This document shows positions 44,471 through 57,950 of a DNA stretch of 64,000 bases, one piece after another; position 1 is the stretch's first letter, and every line of letters starts with the position of its first letter. The position numbers and the translations under genes are program-made. The notes under the pieces are model-generated. The model was given only the letters and a program-made list of their open reading frames with translations, was not told the DNA's origin and made no database searches. This DNA is from Eledone cirrhosa (lineage: Eukaryota): the NCBI GenBank assembly GCA_964016885.1, contig OZ024743.1:141174001-141238000 (forward strand). Reading direction: 5' to 3'.

Positions 44471-47400
44471 TTTGGTGTTTGGTGTTTGGTGCTTGGTGCT
44501 TGGTGCTTGGTGTTTAGTGTTTGGTGTTTGGTGCTTGGTGTTTGGTGCTTGGTGCTTGGTGCTGGGTGGTTGGTGTTTGGTGCTTGGTGCTTGGTGCTTG
44601 GTGTTTGGTGCTTGGTGCTTGGTGCTTGTTGTCTGGTGCTTGGTGCTTGGTGCTTGGTCTTTGGTGCTTGGAGTTTGGTGGTTGGTGCTTGGTGCTTGGT
44701 GTTTGGTGTTTGGTGTTTGCTGTTTGGTGTTTGCTGTTTGGTGTCTGCTTTTTGGTGTTTGGTGTTTGCTGTATGGTGTTTGCTGTTTCGTATTTGGTTT
44801 ATGCTGTTTGGTGTTTGGTGTTTGTTGTTTGATGCTGCGTGCTTGGTGTTTGGTGTTTGGTGCTTTGTGCTTGGTGCTTGGTGTTTGGCGCTTGGTGCTT
44901 GGTGTTTGGTGCTTGGTGCTTGGTGCTTGGTGTTTGGTGTTTGGTGCTTGGTGCCTGGTGCTTGTTGTTTGGTGTTTGGTGCTTAGTGCTTGGTGTTTGG
45001 TGTTTGGTGCTTGGTGCTTGGTGGCTGGTGGTTGGTGCTTGTTGTTTGGTGTTTGGTGTTTGGTGCTTGGTGCTTGGTGCCTGGTGTTTGGTGCCTGGTG
45101 CTTGGTGCTTGTTGTTTGGTATTTGGTGCTTGGTGTTTGGTGTTTGGTACTTGGTGCTTGGTGCTTGGTGCTTGGTGTTTGGTCCTTGGTGCTTGGTGCT
45201 TGGTCTTTGCTGCTTGGGGTTTGGTGTTTGGTGCTTGGTGCTTGGTGTTTGGTGCCTGGTGCTTGGTGCTTGGTGTTTAGTGTTTAATGCTTGGTGCTTG
45301 GTGCTTGGTGTTTGGTACTTGGTGCTTGGTGCTTGGTGTTTGGTGTTTGGTGTTTGGTGTTTGGTGTTTGCTGTTTGCTGTTTGGTGCTTGCTGTTTGGT
45401 GTTTGGTGTTTGGTGTTTGGTGTTTGGTGTTTGCTGTTTGCTGTATGGTGTTTGCTGTTTCGTATTTGGTTTTTGCTGTTTGGTGTTTGGTGTTTGCTGT
45501 TTGGTGTTTAGTGTTTGGTGCATGGTCCTTGGTGTTTGTTGTTTGGTGCTTGGTGCTTGGTGTTTGGTGTTTGGTGTTTGGTGCCTGGTGCTTGGTGTTT
45601 GGTGCTTGGTGCTTGGTGCTGGGTGTTTGTTGCTTGGTGCTTGGTGTTTGGTGCTTGGTGCTTGGTGCTTGGTGCTTGGTGCTTGGTGTTTGGTCCTTGG
45701 TGCTTGGTGCTTGGTCTTTGGTGCTTGGGGTTTGGTGTTTGGTGCTTGGTGCTTGGTGTTTGGTGGTTGGTGGTTGGTGCTTGGTGTTTGGTGTTTGGTG
45801 CTTGCTGCTTGGTGCTTGGTGTTTGATGCTTGGTGCTTGGTGTTTGGTGTTTGGTGCTTGGTGCGTGGGACTTGGTGTTTGGTGGTTGGTGTTTGGTGCT
45901 TGGTGTTTGGTGCTTGGTGCTTGGTGCTTGGTGTTTGGTGTTTGATGTTTGCTGCCTGGTGCTTGGTGTTTTGTGTTTGGAGTTTGGTGCTTGGTGTTTG
46001 GTGCTTCGGTCTTGGTGCTTGGTGTTTGGTGCTTGGTGCTTGGTGTTTGGTGCTTCGTGCCTGGTGTTTGGTGTTTGGTGCTTGGTGCTTGGTGTTTGGT
46101 GATTGGTGCTTGGTGTTTGGTGCTTGGTGCTTGGTGCTTGGTGCTTGGTGTTAGGTGTTTGGTGCTTGATGCTTGGTGTTTGTTGTTTGGTCCTTGGTGC
46201 TTGGTGTTTGGTGCTTGGTGCTTGGTGATTGGTGTTTGGTGTTTGGTGCTTGCTGCTTGCTGCTTGGTGTTTGGTGCTTGGTGATTGGTGCTTGGTGTTT
46301 TGTGCTTGGTGCTTGGTGTTTGGTGTTTGGTGCTAGGGGCTTGGTGCTTGGTGCTTGGTGTTTGGTGCTTGGTGCTTGCTGTTTGTTGTTTGGTGCTTGG
46401 TGCGTGGGACTTAGTGTTTGATGTTTGGTGCTTGGTGTTTGGTGCTTGGTGTTTGGGGCTTGGTGTTCGGTGCTTGGTGCTTGGTGCTTGGGGCTTGGTG
46501 TTTGGTGTTTGGTGCTAGGTGCTTGGTGTTTGATGTTGGGTCCTTGGTGCTTGGTGTTTGGTGTTTGGTGCTTGGTTTTTGGTGTTTGGTGCTTGGTGCT
46601 TGATGTTTGGTGTTTGGTGCTTGGTGCTTGGGGCTTGGTGTTTGGTGCTTGGTGCTTGGTGTTTGGTGTTTGGTGCTTGGTGCTTGGGGCTTGGTGTTTG
46701 GTGCTTGGTGCTTGGTGCTTGGTGTTTAGTGTTTGGTGTTTGGTGCTTGGTGTTTGGTGCTTGGTGCTTGGTGCTGGGTGGTTGGTGTTTGGTGCTTGGT
46801 GCTTGGTGTTTGGTGCTTGGTGCTTGGTGCTTGTTGTTTGGTGCTTGGTGCTTGGTGCTTGGTCTTTGGTGCTTGGAGTTTGGTGGTTGGTGGTTGGTGC
46901 TTGGTGTTTGGTGTTTGGTGTTTGCTGTTTGGTGTTTGCTGTTTGGTGTCTGCTTTTTGGTGTTTGGTGTTTGCTGTATGGTGTTTGCTGTTTCGTATTT
47001 GGTTTTTGCTGTTTGGTGTTTGGTGTTTGCTGCTTGGTGTTTGGTGTTTGGTGTTTGGTGCTTTGTGCTTGGTGCTTGGTGTTTGGCATTTGGTGCTTGG
47101 TGCTTGGTGTTTGGTGCTTGGTGCTTGGTGTTTGGTGTTTGGTGCTTGGTGCCTGGTGCTTGTTGTATGCTGTTTGGTGCTTGGTGCTTGGTGTTTGGTG
47201 TTTGCTGCTTGGTGTCTGGTGTTTGGTGCTTGGTGTTTGGTGTTTGGTGCTTGGTGCTTGGTGCTTGGTATTTGGTGTTTGATGCTTGGTGCTTGGTGAT
47301 TGTTGTTTGGTGCTGGGTGCTTGGAGTTTGGTGCTTGGTGCTTGGTGCTTAGTGCTTGGTGTTTGGTGTTTGGGGCTTGGTGTTGGGTGTTTGGTGTTTG

Positions 47401-47699
47401 ATGCTTGGTGTGTGCTGCTTGGTGCTTGGTGCTTGGTGTTTTGTGTTTGGTGCTTGGTGCTTGGTGCCTGGTGCTTGGTGCTTGGTGCTTGTTGTTTGGT
47501 GCTTGGTGCTTGGTGATTAGTGTTTGGTGCTTGGTGCTTGGGGTTTGCTGTTTGGTGCTTGGTGCTTGGTGTTTGGTGCTTGGTGCTTGGTGTTTGGTGT
47601 TTGGTGCTTGGTGCTTGGTGTTTGGGTTTTGGTGCTTGGTGCTTGGTGTTTGGTGTTTGGTGCTTGGTGTTTGGTGCTTGGTGTTTGGTGCTGAGTGCT

Positions 47700-50600
47700 T
47701 GGTGTTTGGTGTTTGACGCTTGGTGTTTGATGCTTGTTGCTTGGTGCTTGGTGTTTTGTGTTTGGTGTTTGGTGCTTGGTGTATGTACTTGGTGCTTGGT
47801 TCTTGGTGTTTGGTGCTTGGTTCTTGGTGTTTGGTGATTGGTGCTTGGTGCTTGGTGTTTGGTGCTTGGTGCTTGGTGTTTGGTACTTGGTGCTTGGTGT
47901 TTGGTTTTTGATGCTTGGTGTTTGATGCTTGGTGCTTGGTGCTTGGTGTTAAGTGTTTGGGGCTTGGTGCTTGGTGCATGGTGCTTGGTGTTTGGTGCTT
48001 GGTGCCTGGTGCTTGGTGTTTGGTGCTTGGTGCTTGGTGCTTGGTGTTTGGTGCTTGGTATTTGGTGCTTGGTGCTTGGTGTTTGGTGCTTGGTGTTTGG
48101 TGCTTGGTGTTCGGTGCTTGGTGCTTGGTGTTTGGTGCTTGGTGTTAGGTGATTGGTGCTTGGTGCTTGGTGTTTGATGTTTGATCCTTGGTGCTTGATG
48201 TTTGGTGCTTGGTGCTTGGTGTTTGGTGTTTGGTGCTTGCTGCTTGCTGCTTGGTGTTTGGTGCTTGGTGATTGGTGCTTGGTGTTGGGTACTTGGTGCT
48301 TGTTGTTTGGTGTTTGGTGCTAGGTGCTTGGTGCTTGGTGCTTGGGGTTTGGTGCTTGGTGCTTGGTGTTTGGTGTTTGGTGCTTGGTGCTTGGGGCTTG
48401 GTGTTTGGTGCTTTGTGCTTGGTGCTTGTTGTTTGGTGCTTGGTGCTTGGTGCTTCGTGTTTGGTGTTTGGTGTTTGGTGCTTGGTGTTTGGTGCTTGGT
48501 GCTTGGTGCTGGGTGGTTGGTGTTTGGTGCTTGGTGCTTGGTGTTTGGTGCTTGGTGCTTGGTGCTTGTTGTTTGGTGCTTGGTGCTTGGTGCTTGGTCT
48601 TTGGTGCTTGGAGTTTGGTGGTTGGTGCTTGGTGCTTGGTGTTTGGTGTTTGGTGTTTGCTGTTTGGTGTTTGCTGTTTGGTGTCTGCTTTTTGGTGTTT
48701 GGTGTTTGCTGTATGGTGTTTGCTGTTTCGTATTTGGTTTTTTCTGTTTGGTGTTTGGTGTTTGCTGTTTGGTGTTTGGTGTTTGGTGTTTGGTGCTTTG
48801 TGCTTGGTGCTTGGTGTTTGGCATTTGGTGCTTGGTGCTTGGTGTTTGGTGCTTGGTGCTTGGTGTTTGGTGTTTGGTGCTTGGTGCCTGGTGCTTGTTG
48901 TATGCTGTTTGGTGCCTGGTGCTTGGTGTTTGGTGTTTGGTGTTTGGTGCTTGGTGTCTGGTGTTTGGTGTTTGGTGTTTGGTGCTTGCTGCTTGGTGTT
49001 TGGGTTTTGGTGCTTGGTGCTTGGTGTTTGGTGTTTGGTGCTTGGTGTTTGGTGCTTGGTGTTTGGTGCTGAGTGCTTGGTGTTTTGTGCTTGGTGCGTG
49101 GTGCTTGGTGTTTGGTGTTTGGTGCTTGGTGCTTGGTGTTTGGTGTTTGATGCTTGGTGTTTGATGCTTGTTGCTTGGTGCTTGGTGTTTTGTGTTTGGT
49201 GTTTGGTGCTTGGTGTATGTACTTGGTGCTTCGTTCTTGGTGTTTGGTGCTTGGTTCTTGGTGTTTGGTGATTGGTGCTTGGGGCTTGGTGTTTGGTGCT
49301 TGGTGCTTGGTGTTTGGTACTTGGTGCTTGGTGTTTGGTTTTTGATGCTTGGTGTTTGATGCTTGGTGCTTGGTGCTTGGTGTTAAGTGTTTGGGGCTTG
49401 GTGCTTGGTGCTTGGTGTTTGGTGCTTGGTATTTGGTGCTTGGTGCTTGGTGTTTGGTGCTTGGTATTTGGTGCTTGGTGTTCGGTGCTTGGTGCTTGGT
49501 GTTTGGTGCTTGGTGTTAGGTGATTGGTGCTTGGTGCTTGGTGTTTTATGTTTGATCCTTGGTGCTTGGTGTTTGGTGCTTGGTGCTTGGTGTTTGGTGT
49601 TTGGTGCTTGGTGCCTGGTGCTTGTTGTATGCTGTTTGGTGCTTGGTGTTTGGTGTTTGGTGTTTGCTGCTTGTTGTCTGGTGTTTGGTGCTTGGTGTTT
49701 GGTGTTTGGTGCTTGGTGCTTGGTGCTTGGTATTTGGTGTTTGGTGCTTGGTGCTTGGTGTTTGTTGTTTGGTGCTGGGTGCTTGGAGTTTGGTTCTTGG
49801 TGCTTGGTGCTTAGTGCTTGGTGTTTGGTGTTTGGTGCTTGGTGTTGGGTGTTTGGTGTTTGATGCTTGGTGTGTGCTGCTTGGTGCTTGGTGCTTGGTG
49901 TTTTTTGTTTGGTGCTTGGTGCTTGGTGCCTGGTGCTTGGTGCTTGGTGCTTGTTGTTTGGTGCTTGGTGCTTGGTGATTAGTGTTTGGTGCTTGGTGCT
50001 TGGGGTTTGCTGTTTGGTGCTTGGTGCTTGGTGTTTGGTGTTTGGTGTTTGGTGCTTGGTGTCTGGTGTTTGGTGTTTGGTGTTTGGTGCTTGGTGCTTG
50101 GTGTTTGGGTTTTGGTGCTTGGTGCTTGGTGTTTGGTGTTTGGTGCTTGGTGTTTGGTGCTTGGTGTTTGGTGCTGAGTGCTTGGTGTTTTGTGCTTGGT
50201 GCGTGGTGCTTGGTGTTTGGTGTTTGGCGCTTGGTGCTTGGTGTCTGGTGTTTGATGCTTGGTGTTTGATGCTTGTTGCTTGGTGCTTGGTGTTTTGTGT
50301 TTGGTGTTTCGTGCTTGGTGTATGTACTTGTTGCTTGGTTCTTGGTGTTTGGTGCTTGGTTCTTGGTGTTTGGTGATTGGTGCTTGGTGCTTGGTGTTTG
50401 GTGCTTGGTGCTTGGTGTTTGGTATTTGGTGCTTGGTGTTTGGTTTTTGATGCTTGGTGTTTGATGCTTGGTGCTTGGTGCTTGGTGTTTAAGTGTTTGG
50501 GGCTTGGTGCTTGGTGCATGGTGCTTGGTGTTTGGTGCTTGGTGCCTGGTGCTTGGTGTTTGGTGCTTGGTGCTTGGTGCTTGGTGTTTGGTGCTTGGTA

Positions 50601-53600
50601 TTTGGTGCTTGGTGTTTGGTGTTTGGTGCTTGGTGTTTGGTGCTTGGTGTTTGGTGCTGAGTGCTTGGTGTTTGGTGTTTGACGCTTGGTGTTTGATCCT
50701 TGTTGCTTGGTGCTTGGTGTTTTGTGTTTGGTGTTTGGTGCTTGGTGTATGTACTTGGTGCTTGGTTCTTGGTGTTTGGTGCTTGGTTCTTGGTGTTTGG
50801 TGATTGGTGCTTGGTGCTTGGTGTTTGGTGCTTGGTGCTTGGTGTTTGGTACTTGGTGCTTGGTGTTTGGTTTTTGATGCTTGGTGTTTGATGCTTGGTG
50901 CTTGGTGCTTGGTGTTAAGTGTTTGGGGCTTGGTGCTTGGTGCATGGTGCTTGGTGTTTGGTGCTTGGTGCCTGGTGCTTGGTGTTTCGTGCTTGGTGCT
51001 TGGTGCTTGGTGTTTGGTGCTTGGTATTTGGTGCTTGGTGCTTGGTGTTTGGTGCTTGGTGTTTGGTGCTTGGTGTTCGGTGCTTGGTGCTTGGTGTTTG
51101 GTGCTTGGTGTTAGGTGATTGGTGCTTGGTGCTTGGTGTTTGATGTTTGATCCTTGGTGCTTGATGTTTGGTGCTTGGTGCTTGGTGTTTGGTGTTTGGT
51201 GCTTGCTGCTTGCTGCTTGGTGTTTGGTGCTTGGTGATTGGTGCTTGGTGTTGGGTACTTGGTGCTTGTTGTTTGGTGTTTGGTGCTAGGTGCTTGGTGC
51301 TTGGTGCTTGGGGTTTGGTGCTTGGTGCTTGGTGTTTGGTGTTTGGTGCTTGGTGCTTGGGGCTTGGTGTTTGGTGCTTTGTGCTTGGTGCTTGTTGTTT
51401 GGTGCTTGGTGCTTGGTGCTTCGTGTTTGGTGTTTGGTGTTTGGTGCTTGGTGTTTGGTGCTTGGTGCTTGGTGCTGGGTGGTTGGTGTTTGGTGCTTGG
51501 TGCTTGGTGTTTGGTGCTTGGTGCTTGGTGCTTGTTGTTTGGTGCTTGGTGCTTGGTGCTTGGTCTTTGGTGCTTGGAGTTTGGTGGTTGGTGCTTGGTG
51601 CTTGGTGTTTGGTGTTTGGTGTTTGCTGTTTGGTGTTTGCTGTTTGGTGTCTGCTTTTTGGTGTTTGGTGTTTGATGTATGGTGTTTGCTGTTTCGTATT
51701 TGGTTTTTTCTGTTTGGTGTTTGGTGTTTGCTGTTTGGTGTTTGGTGTTTGGTGTTTGGTGCTTTGTGCTTGGTGCTTGGTGTTTGGCATTTGGTGCTTG
51801 GTGCTTGGTGTTTGGTGCTTGGTGCTTGGTGTTTGGTGTTTGGTGCTTGGTGCCTGGTGCTTGTTGTATGCTGTTTGGTGCCTGGTGCTTGGTGTTTGGT
51901 GTTTGGTGTTTGGTGCTTGGTGTCTGGTGTTTGGTGTTTGGTGTTTGGTGCTTGCTGCTTGGTGTTTGGGTTTTGGTGCTTGGTGCTTGGTGTTTGGTGT
52001 TTGGTGCTTGGTGTTTGGTGCTTGGTGTTTGGTGCTGAGTGCTTGGTGTTTTGTGCTTGGTGCGTGGTGCTTGGTGTTTGGTGTTTGGTGCTTGGTGCTT
52101 GGTGTTTGGTGTTTGATGCTTGGTGTTTGATGCTTGTTGCTTGGTGCTTGGTGTTTTGTGTTTGGTGTTTGGTGCTTGGTGTATGTACTTGGTGCTTGGT
52201 TCTTGGTGTTTGGTGCTTGGTTCTTGGTGTTTGGTGATTGGTGCTTGGGGCTTGGTGTTTGGTGCTTGGTGCTTGGTGTTTGGTACTTGGTGCTTGGTGT
52301 TTGGTTTTTGATGCTTGGTGTTTGATGCTTGGTGCTTGGTGCTTGGTGTTAAGTGTTTGGGGCTTGGTGCTTGGTGTTTGGTGCTTGGTATTTGGTGCTT
52401 GGTGCTTGGTGTTTGGTGCTTGGTATTTGGTGCTTGGTGTTCGGTGCTTGGTGCTTGGTGTTTGGTGCTTGGTGTTAGGTGATTGGTGCTTGGTGCTTGG
52501 TGTTTTATGTTTGATCCTTGGTGCTTGGTGTTTGGTGCTTGGTGCTTGGTGTTTGGTGTTTGGTGCTTGGTGCCTGGTGCTTGTTGTATGCTGTTTGGTG
52601 CTTGGTGTTTGGTGTTTGGTGTTTGCTGCTTGTTGTCTGGTGTTTGGTGCTTGGTGTTTGGTGTTTGGTGCTTGGTGCTTGGTGCTTGGTATTTGGTGTT
52701 TGGTGCTTGGTGCTTGGTGTTTGTTGTTTGGTGCTGGGTGCTTGGAGTTTGGTTCTTGGTGCTTGGTGCTTAGTGCTTGGTGTTTGGTGTTTGGTGCTTG
52801 GTGTTGGGTGTTTGGTGTTTGATGCTTGGTGTGTGCTGCTTGGTGCTTGGTGCTTGGTGTTTTTTGTTTGGTGCTTGGTGCTTGGTGCCTGGTGCTTGGT
52901 GCTTGGTGCTTGTTGTTTGGTGCTTGGTGCTTGGTGATTAGTGTTTGGTGCTTGGTGCTTGGGGTTTGCTGTTTGGTGCTTGGTGCTTGGTGTTTGGTGT
53001 TTGGTGTTTGGTGCTTGGTGTCTGGTGTTTGGTGTTTGGTGTTTGGTGCTTGGTGCTTGGTGTTTGGGTTTTGGTGCTTGGTGCTTGGTGTTTGGTGTTT
53101 GGTGCTTGGTGTTTGGTGCTTGGTGTTTGGTGCTGAGTGCTTGGTGTTTTGTGCTTGGTGCGTGGTGCTTGGTGTTTGGTGTTTGGCGCTTGGTGCTTGG
53201 TGTCTGGTGTTTGATGCTTGGTGTTTGATGCTTGTTGCTTGGTGCTTGGTGTTTTGTGTTTGGTGTTTCGTGCTTGGTGTATGTACTTGTTGCTTGGTTC
53301 TTGGTGTTTGGTGCTTGGTTCTTGGTGTTTGGTGATTGGTGCTTGGTGCTGGGTGTTTGGTGCTTGGTGCTTGGTGTTTGGTATTTGGTGCTTGGTGTTT
53401 GGTTTTTGATGCTTGGTGTTTGATGCTTGGTGCTTGGTGCTTGGTGTTTAAGTGTTTGGGGCTTGGTGCTTGGTGCATGGTGCTTGGTGTTTGGTGCTTG
53501 GTGCCTGGTGCTTGGTGTTTGGTGCTTGGTGCTTGGTGCTTGGTGTTTGGTGCTTGGTATTTGGTGCTTGGTGCTTGGTGTTTGGTGCTTGGTGTTTGGT

Positions 53601-56600
53601 GCTTGGTGTTCGGTGCCTGGTGCTTGCTGTTTGGTGCTTGGTGTTAGGTGATTGGTGCTTGGTGCTTGGTGTTTGATGTTTGATCCTTGGTGCTTGGTGT
53701 TTGGTGCTTGGTGCTTGGTGTTTGGTGTTTGGTGCTTGTTGCTTGCTGCTTGGTGTTTGGTGCTTGGTGATTGGTGCTTGGTGTTGGGTACTTGGTGCTT
53801 GTTGTTTGGTGTTTGGTGCTAGGTGCTTGGTGCTTGGTGCTTGGGGTTTGGTGCTTGGTGCTTGGTGTTTGGTGTTTGGTGCTTGGTGCTTGGGGCTTGG
53901 TGTTTGGTGCTTTGTGCTTGGTGCTTGGTGTTTGGTGCTTGGTGCTTGGTGCTTCGTGTTTGGTGTTTGGTGTTTGGTGCTTGGTGTTTGGTGCTTGGTG
54001 CTTGGTGCTGGGTGGTTGGTGTTTGGTGCTTGGTGCTTGGTGTTTGGTGTTAGGTGATTGGTGCTTGGTGCTTGGTGTTTGATGTTTGATCCTTGGTGCT
54101 TGATGTTTGGTGCTTGGTGTTAGGTGATTGGTGCTTGGTGCTTGGTGTTTGATGTTTGATCCTTGGTGCTTGATGTTTGGTGCTTGGTGCTTGGTGTTTG
54201 GTGTTTGGTGCTTGCTGCTTGCTGCTTGGTGTTTGGTGCTTGGTGATTGGTGCTTGGTGTTGGGTACTTGGTGCTTGTTGTTTGGTGTTTGGTGCTAGGT
54301 GCTTGGTGCTTGGTGCTTGGGGTTTGGTGCTTGGTGCTTGGTGTTTGGTGTTTGGTGCTTGGTGCTTGGGGCTTGGGGCTTGGTGTTTGGTGCTTTGTGC
54401 TTGGTGCTTGTTGTTTGGTGCTTGGTGCTTGGTGCTTCGTGTTTGGTGTTTGGTGTTTGGTGCTTGGTGTTTGGTGCTTGGTGCTTGGTGCTGGGTGGTT
54501 GGTGTTTGGTGCTTGGTGCTTGGTGTTTGGTGCTTGGTGCTTGGTGCTTGTTGTTTGGTGCTTGGTGCTTGGTGCTTGGTCTTTGGTGCTTGGAGTTTGG
54601 TGGTTGGTGCTTGGTTCTTGGTGTTTGGTGCTTGGTTCTTGGTGTTTGGTGATTGGTGCTTGGTGCTTGGTGTTTGGTGCTTGGTGCTTGGTGTTTGGTA
54701 CTTGGTGCTTGGTGTTTGGTTTTTGATGCTTGGTGTTTGATGCTTGGTGCTTGGTGCTTGGTGTTAAGTGTTTGGGGCTTGGTGCTTGGTGCATGGTGCT
54801 TGGTGTTTGGTGCTTGGTGCCTGGTGCTTGGTGTTTCGTGCTTGGTGCTTGGTGCTTGGTGTTTGGTGCTTGGTATTTGGTGCTTGGTGCTTGGTGTTTG
54901 GTGCTTGGTGTTTGGTGCTTGGTGTTCGGTGCTTGGTGCTTGGTGTTTGGTGCTTGGTGTTAGGTGATTGGTGCTTGGTGCTTGGTGTTTGATGTTTGAT
55001 CCTTGGTGCTTGATGTTTGGTGCTTGGTGCTTGGTGTTTGGTGTTTGGTGCTTGCTGCTTGCTGCTTGGTGTTTGGTGCTTGGTGATTGGTGCTTGGTGT
55101 TGGGTACTTGGTGCTTGTTGTTTGGTGTTTGGTGCTAGGTGCTTGGTGCTTGGTGCTTGGGGTTTGGTGCTTGGTGCTTGGTGTTTGGTGTTTGGTGCTT
55201 GGTGCTTGGGGCTTGGTGTTTGGTGCTTTGTGCTTGGTGCTTGTTGTTTGGTGCTTGGTGCTTGGTGCTTCGTGTTTGGTGTTTGGTGTTTGGTGCTTGG
55301 TGTTTGGTGCTTGGTGCTTGGTGCTGGGTGGTTGGTGTTTGGTGCTTGGTGCTTGGTGTTTGGTGCTTGGTGCTTGGTGCTTGTTGTTTGGTGCTTGGTG
55401 CTTGGTGCTTGGTCTTTGGTGCTTGGAGTTTGGTGGTTGGTGCTTGGTGCTTGGTGTTTGGTGTTTGGTGTTTGCTGTTTGGTGTTTGCTGTTTGGTGTC
55501 TGCTTTTTGGTGTTTGGTGTTTGCTGTATGGTGTTTGCTGTTTCGTATTTGGTTTTTTCTGTTTGGTGTTTGGTGTTTGCTGTTTGGTGTTTGGTGTTTG
55601 GTGTTTGGTGCTTTGTGCTTGGTGCTTGGTGTTTGGCATTTGGTGCTTGGTGCTTGGTGTTTGGTGCTTGGTGCTTGGTGTTTGGTGTTTGGTGCTTGGT
55701 GCCTGGTGCTTGTTGTATGCTGTTTGGTGCCTGGTGCTTGGTGTTTGGTGTTTGGTGTTTGGTGCTTGGTGTCTGGTGTTTGGTGTTTGGTGTTTGGTGC
55801 TTGCTGCTTGGTGTTTGGGTTTTGGTGCTTGGTGCTTGGGGTTTGGTGTTTGGTGCTTGGTGTTTTGTGCTGGGTGCGTGGTGCTTGGTGTTTGGTGTTT
55901 GGTGCTTGGTGCTTGGTGTTTGGTGTTTGATGCTTGGTGTTTGATGCTTGTTGCTTGGTGCTTGGTGTTTTGTGTTTGGTGTTTGGTGCTTGGTGTATGT
56001 ACTTGGTGCTTGGTTCTTGGTGTTTGGTGCTTGGTTCTTGGTGTTTGGTGATTGGTGCTTGGGGCTTGGTGTTTGGTGCTTGGTGCTTGGTGTTTGGTAC
56101 TTGGTGCTTGGTGTTTGGTTTTTGATGCTTGGTGTTTGATGCTTGGTGCTTGGTGCTTGGTGTTAAGTGTTTGGGGCTTGGTGCTTGTTGCATGGTGCTT
56201 GGTGTTTGGTGCTTGGTGCCTGGTGCTTGGTGTTTGGTGCTTGGTGCTTGGTGCTTGGTGTTTGGTGCTTGGTATTTGGTGCTTGGTGCTTGGTGTTTGG
56301 TGCTTGGTGTTTGGTGCTTGGTGTTCGGTGCTTGGTGCTTGGTGTTTGGTGCTTGGTGTTAGGTGATTGGTGCTTGGTGCTTGGTGTTTTATGTTTGATC
56401 CTTGGTGCTTGGTGTTTGGTGCTTGGTGCTTGGTGTTTGGTGTTTGGTGCTTGGTGCCTGGTGCTTGTTGTATGCTGTTTGGTGCTTGGTGCTTGGTGTT
56501 TGGTGTTTGCTGCTTGGTGTCTGGTGTTTGGTGCTTGGTGTTTGGTGTTTGGTGCTTGGTGCTTGGTGCTTGGTATTTGGTGTTTGGTGCTTGGTGCTTG

Positions 56601-57950
56601 GTGTTTGTTGTTTGGTGCTGGGTGCTTGGAGTTTGGTTCTTGGTGCTTGGTGCTTAGTGCTTGGTGTTTGGTATTTGGTGCTTGGTGTTGGGTGTTTGGT
56701 GTTTGATGCTTGGTGTGTGCTGCTTGGTGCTTGGTGCTTGGTGTTTTTTGTTTGGTGCTTGGTGCTTGGTGCCTGGTGCTTGGTGCTTGGTGCTTGTTGT
56801 TTGGTGCTTGGTGCTTGGTGATTAGTGTTTGGTGCTTGGTGCTTGGGGTTTGCTGTTTGGTGCTTGGTGCTTGGTGTTTGGTGTTTGGTGTTTGGTGCTT
56901 GGTGTCTGGTGTTTGGTGTTTGGTGTTTGGTGCTTGGTGCTTGGTGTTTGGGTTTTGGTGCTTGGTGCTTGGTGTTTGGTGTTTGGTGCTTGGTGTTTGG
57001 TGCTTGGTGTTTGGTGCTGAGTGCTTGGTGTTTTGTGCTTGGTGCGTGGTGCTTGGTGTTTGGTGTTTGGCGCTTGGTGCTTGGTGTCTGGTGTTTGATG
57101 CTTGGTGTTTGATGCTTGTTGCTTGGTGCTTGGTGTTTTGTGTTTGGTGTTTCGTGCTTGGTGTATGTTCTTGTTGCTTGGTTCTTGGTGTTTGGTGCTT
57201 GGTTCTTGGTGTTTGGTGATTGGTGCTTGGTGCTTGGTGTTTGGTGCTTGGTGCTTGGTGTTTGGTATTTGGTGCTTGGTGTTTGGTTTTTGATGCTTGG
57301 TGTTTGATGCTTGGTGCTTGGTGCTTGGTGTTTAAGTGTTTGGGGCTTGGTGCTTGGTGCATGGTGCTTGGTGTTTGGTGCTTGGTGCCTGGTGCTTGGT
57401 GTTTGGTGCTTGGTGCTTGGTGCTTGGTGTTTGGTGCTTGGTATTTGGTGCTTGGTGCTTGGTGTTTGGTGCTTGGTGTTTGGTGCTTGGTGTTCGGTGC
57501 TTGGTGCTTGGTGTTTGGTGCTTGGTGTTAGGTGATTGGTGCTTGGTGCTTGGTGTTTGATGTTTGATCCTTGGTGCTTGGTGTTTGGTGCTTGGTGCTT
57601 GGTGTTTGGTGTTTGGTGCTTGTTGCTTGCTGCTTGGTGTTTGGTGCTTGGTGATTGGTGCTTGGTGTTGGGTACTTGGTGCTTGTTGTTTGGTGTTTGG
57701 TGCTAGGTGCTTGGTGCTTGGTGCTTGGGGTTTGGTGCTTGGTGCTTGGTGTTTGGTGTTTGGTGCTTGGTGCTTGGGGCTTGGTGTTTGGTGCTTTGTG
57801 CTTGGTGCTTGGTGTTTGGTGCTTGGTGCTTGGTGCTTCGTGTTTGGTGTTTGGTGTTTGGTGCTTGGTGTTTGGTGCTTGGTGCTTGGTGCTGGGTGGT
57901 TGGTGTTTGGTGCTTGGTGCTTGGTGTTTGGTGCTTGGTGGTTGGTGCTT
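47700..57950 (-). repeat. Right-arm homogeneous HOR layer with ~2.96 kb and ~3.85 kb periods
   Basis: Near-identical ORFs 47838/50804 and 48202/51168 (offset 2966), 49524/52483 and 50259/53218 (2959), 50804/54653 and 51168/55017 (3849), 52483/56367 and 53680/57564 (3884). Confidence 0.88.
54044..54189 (-). repeat. 70-bp (10-monomer) exact tandem duplication
   Basis: TAGGTGATTGGTGCTTGGTGCTTGGTGTTTGATGTTTGATCCTTGGTGCTTGATGTTTGGTGCTTGGTG starts at both 54051 and 54121. Confidence 0.92.

Noticed and set aside
45024-45031. E. coli Chi site GCTGGTGG
   Set aside because: It is a single occurrence expected by chance in a TGG-rich repeat, with no bacterial context.
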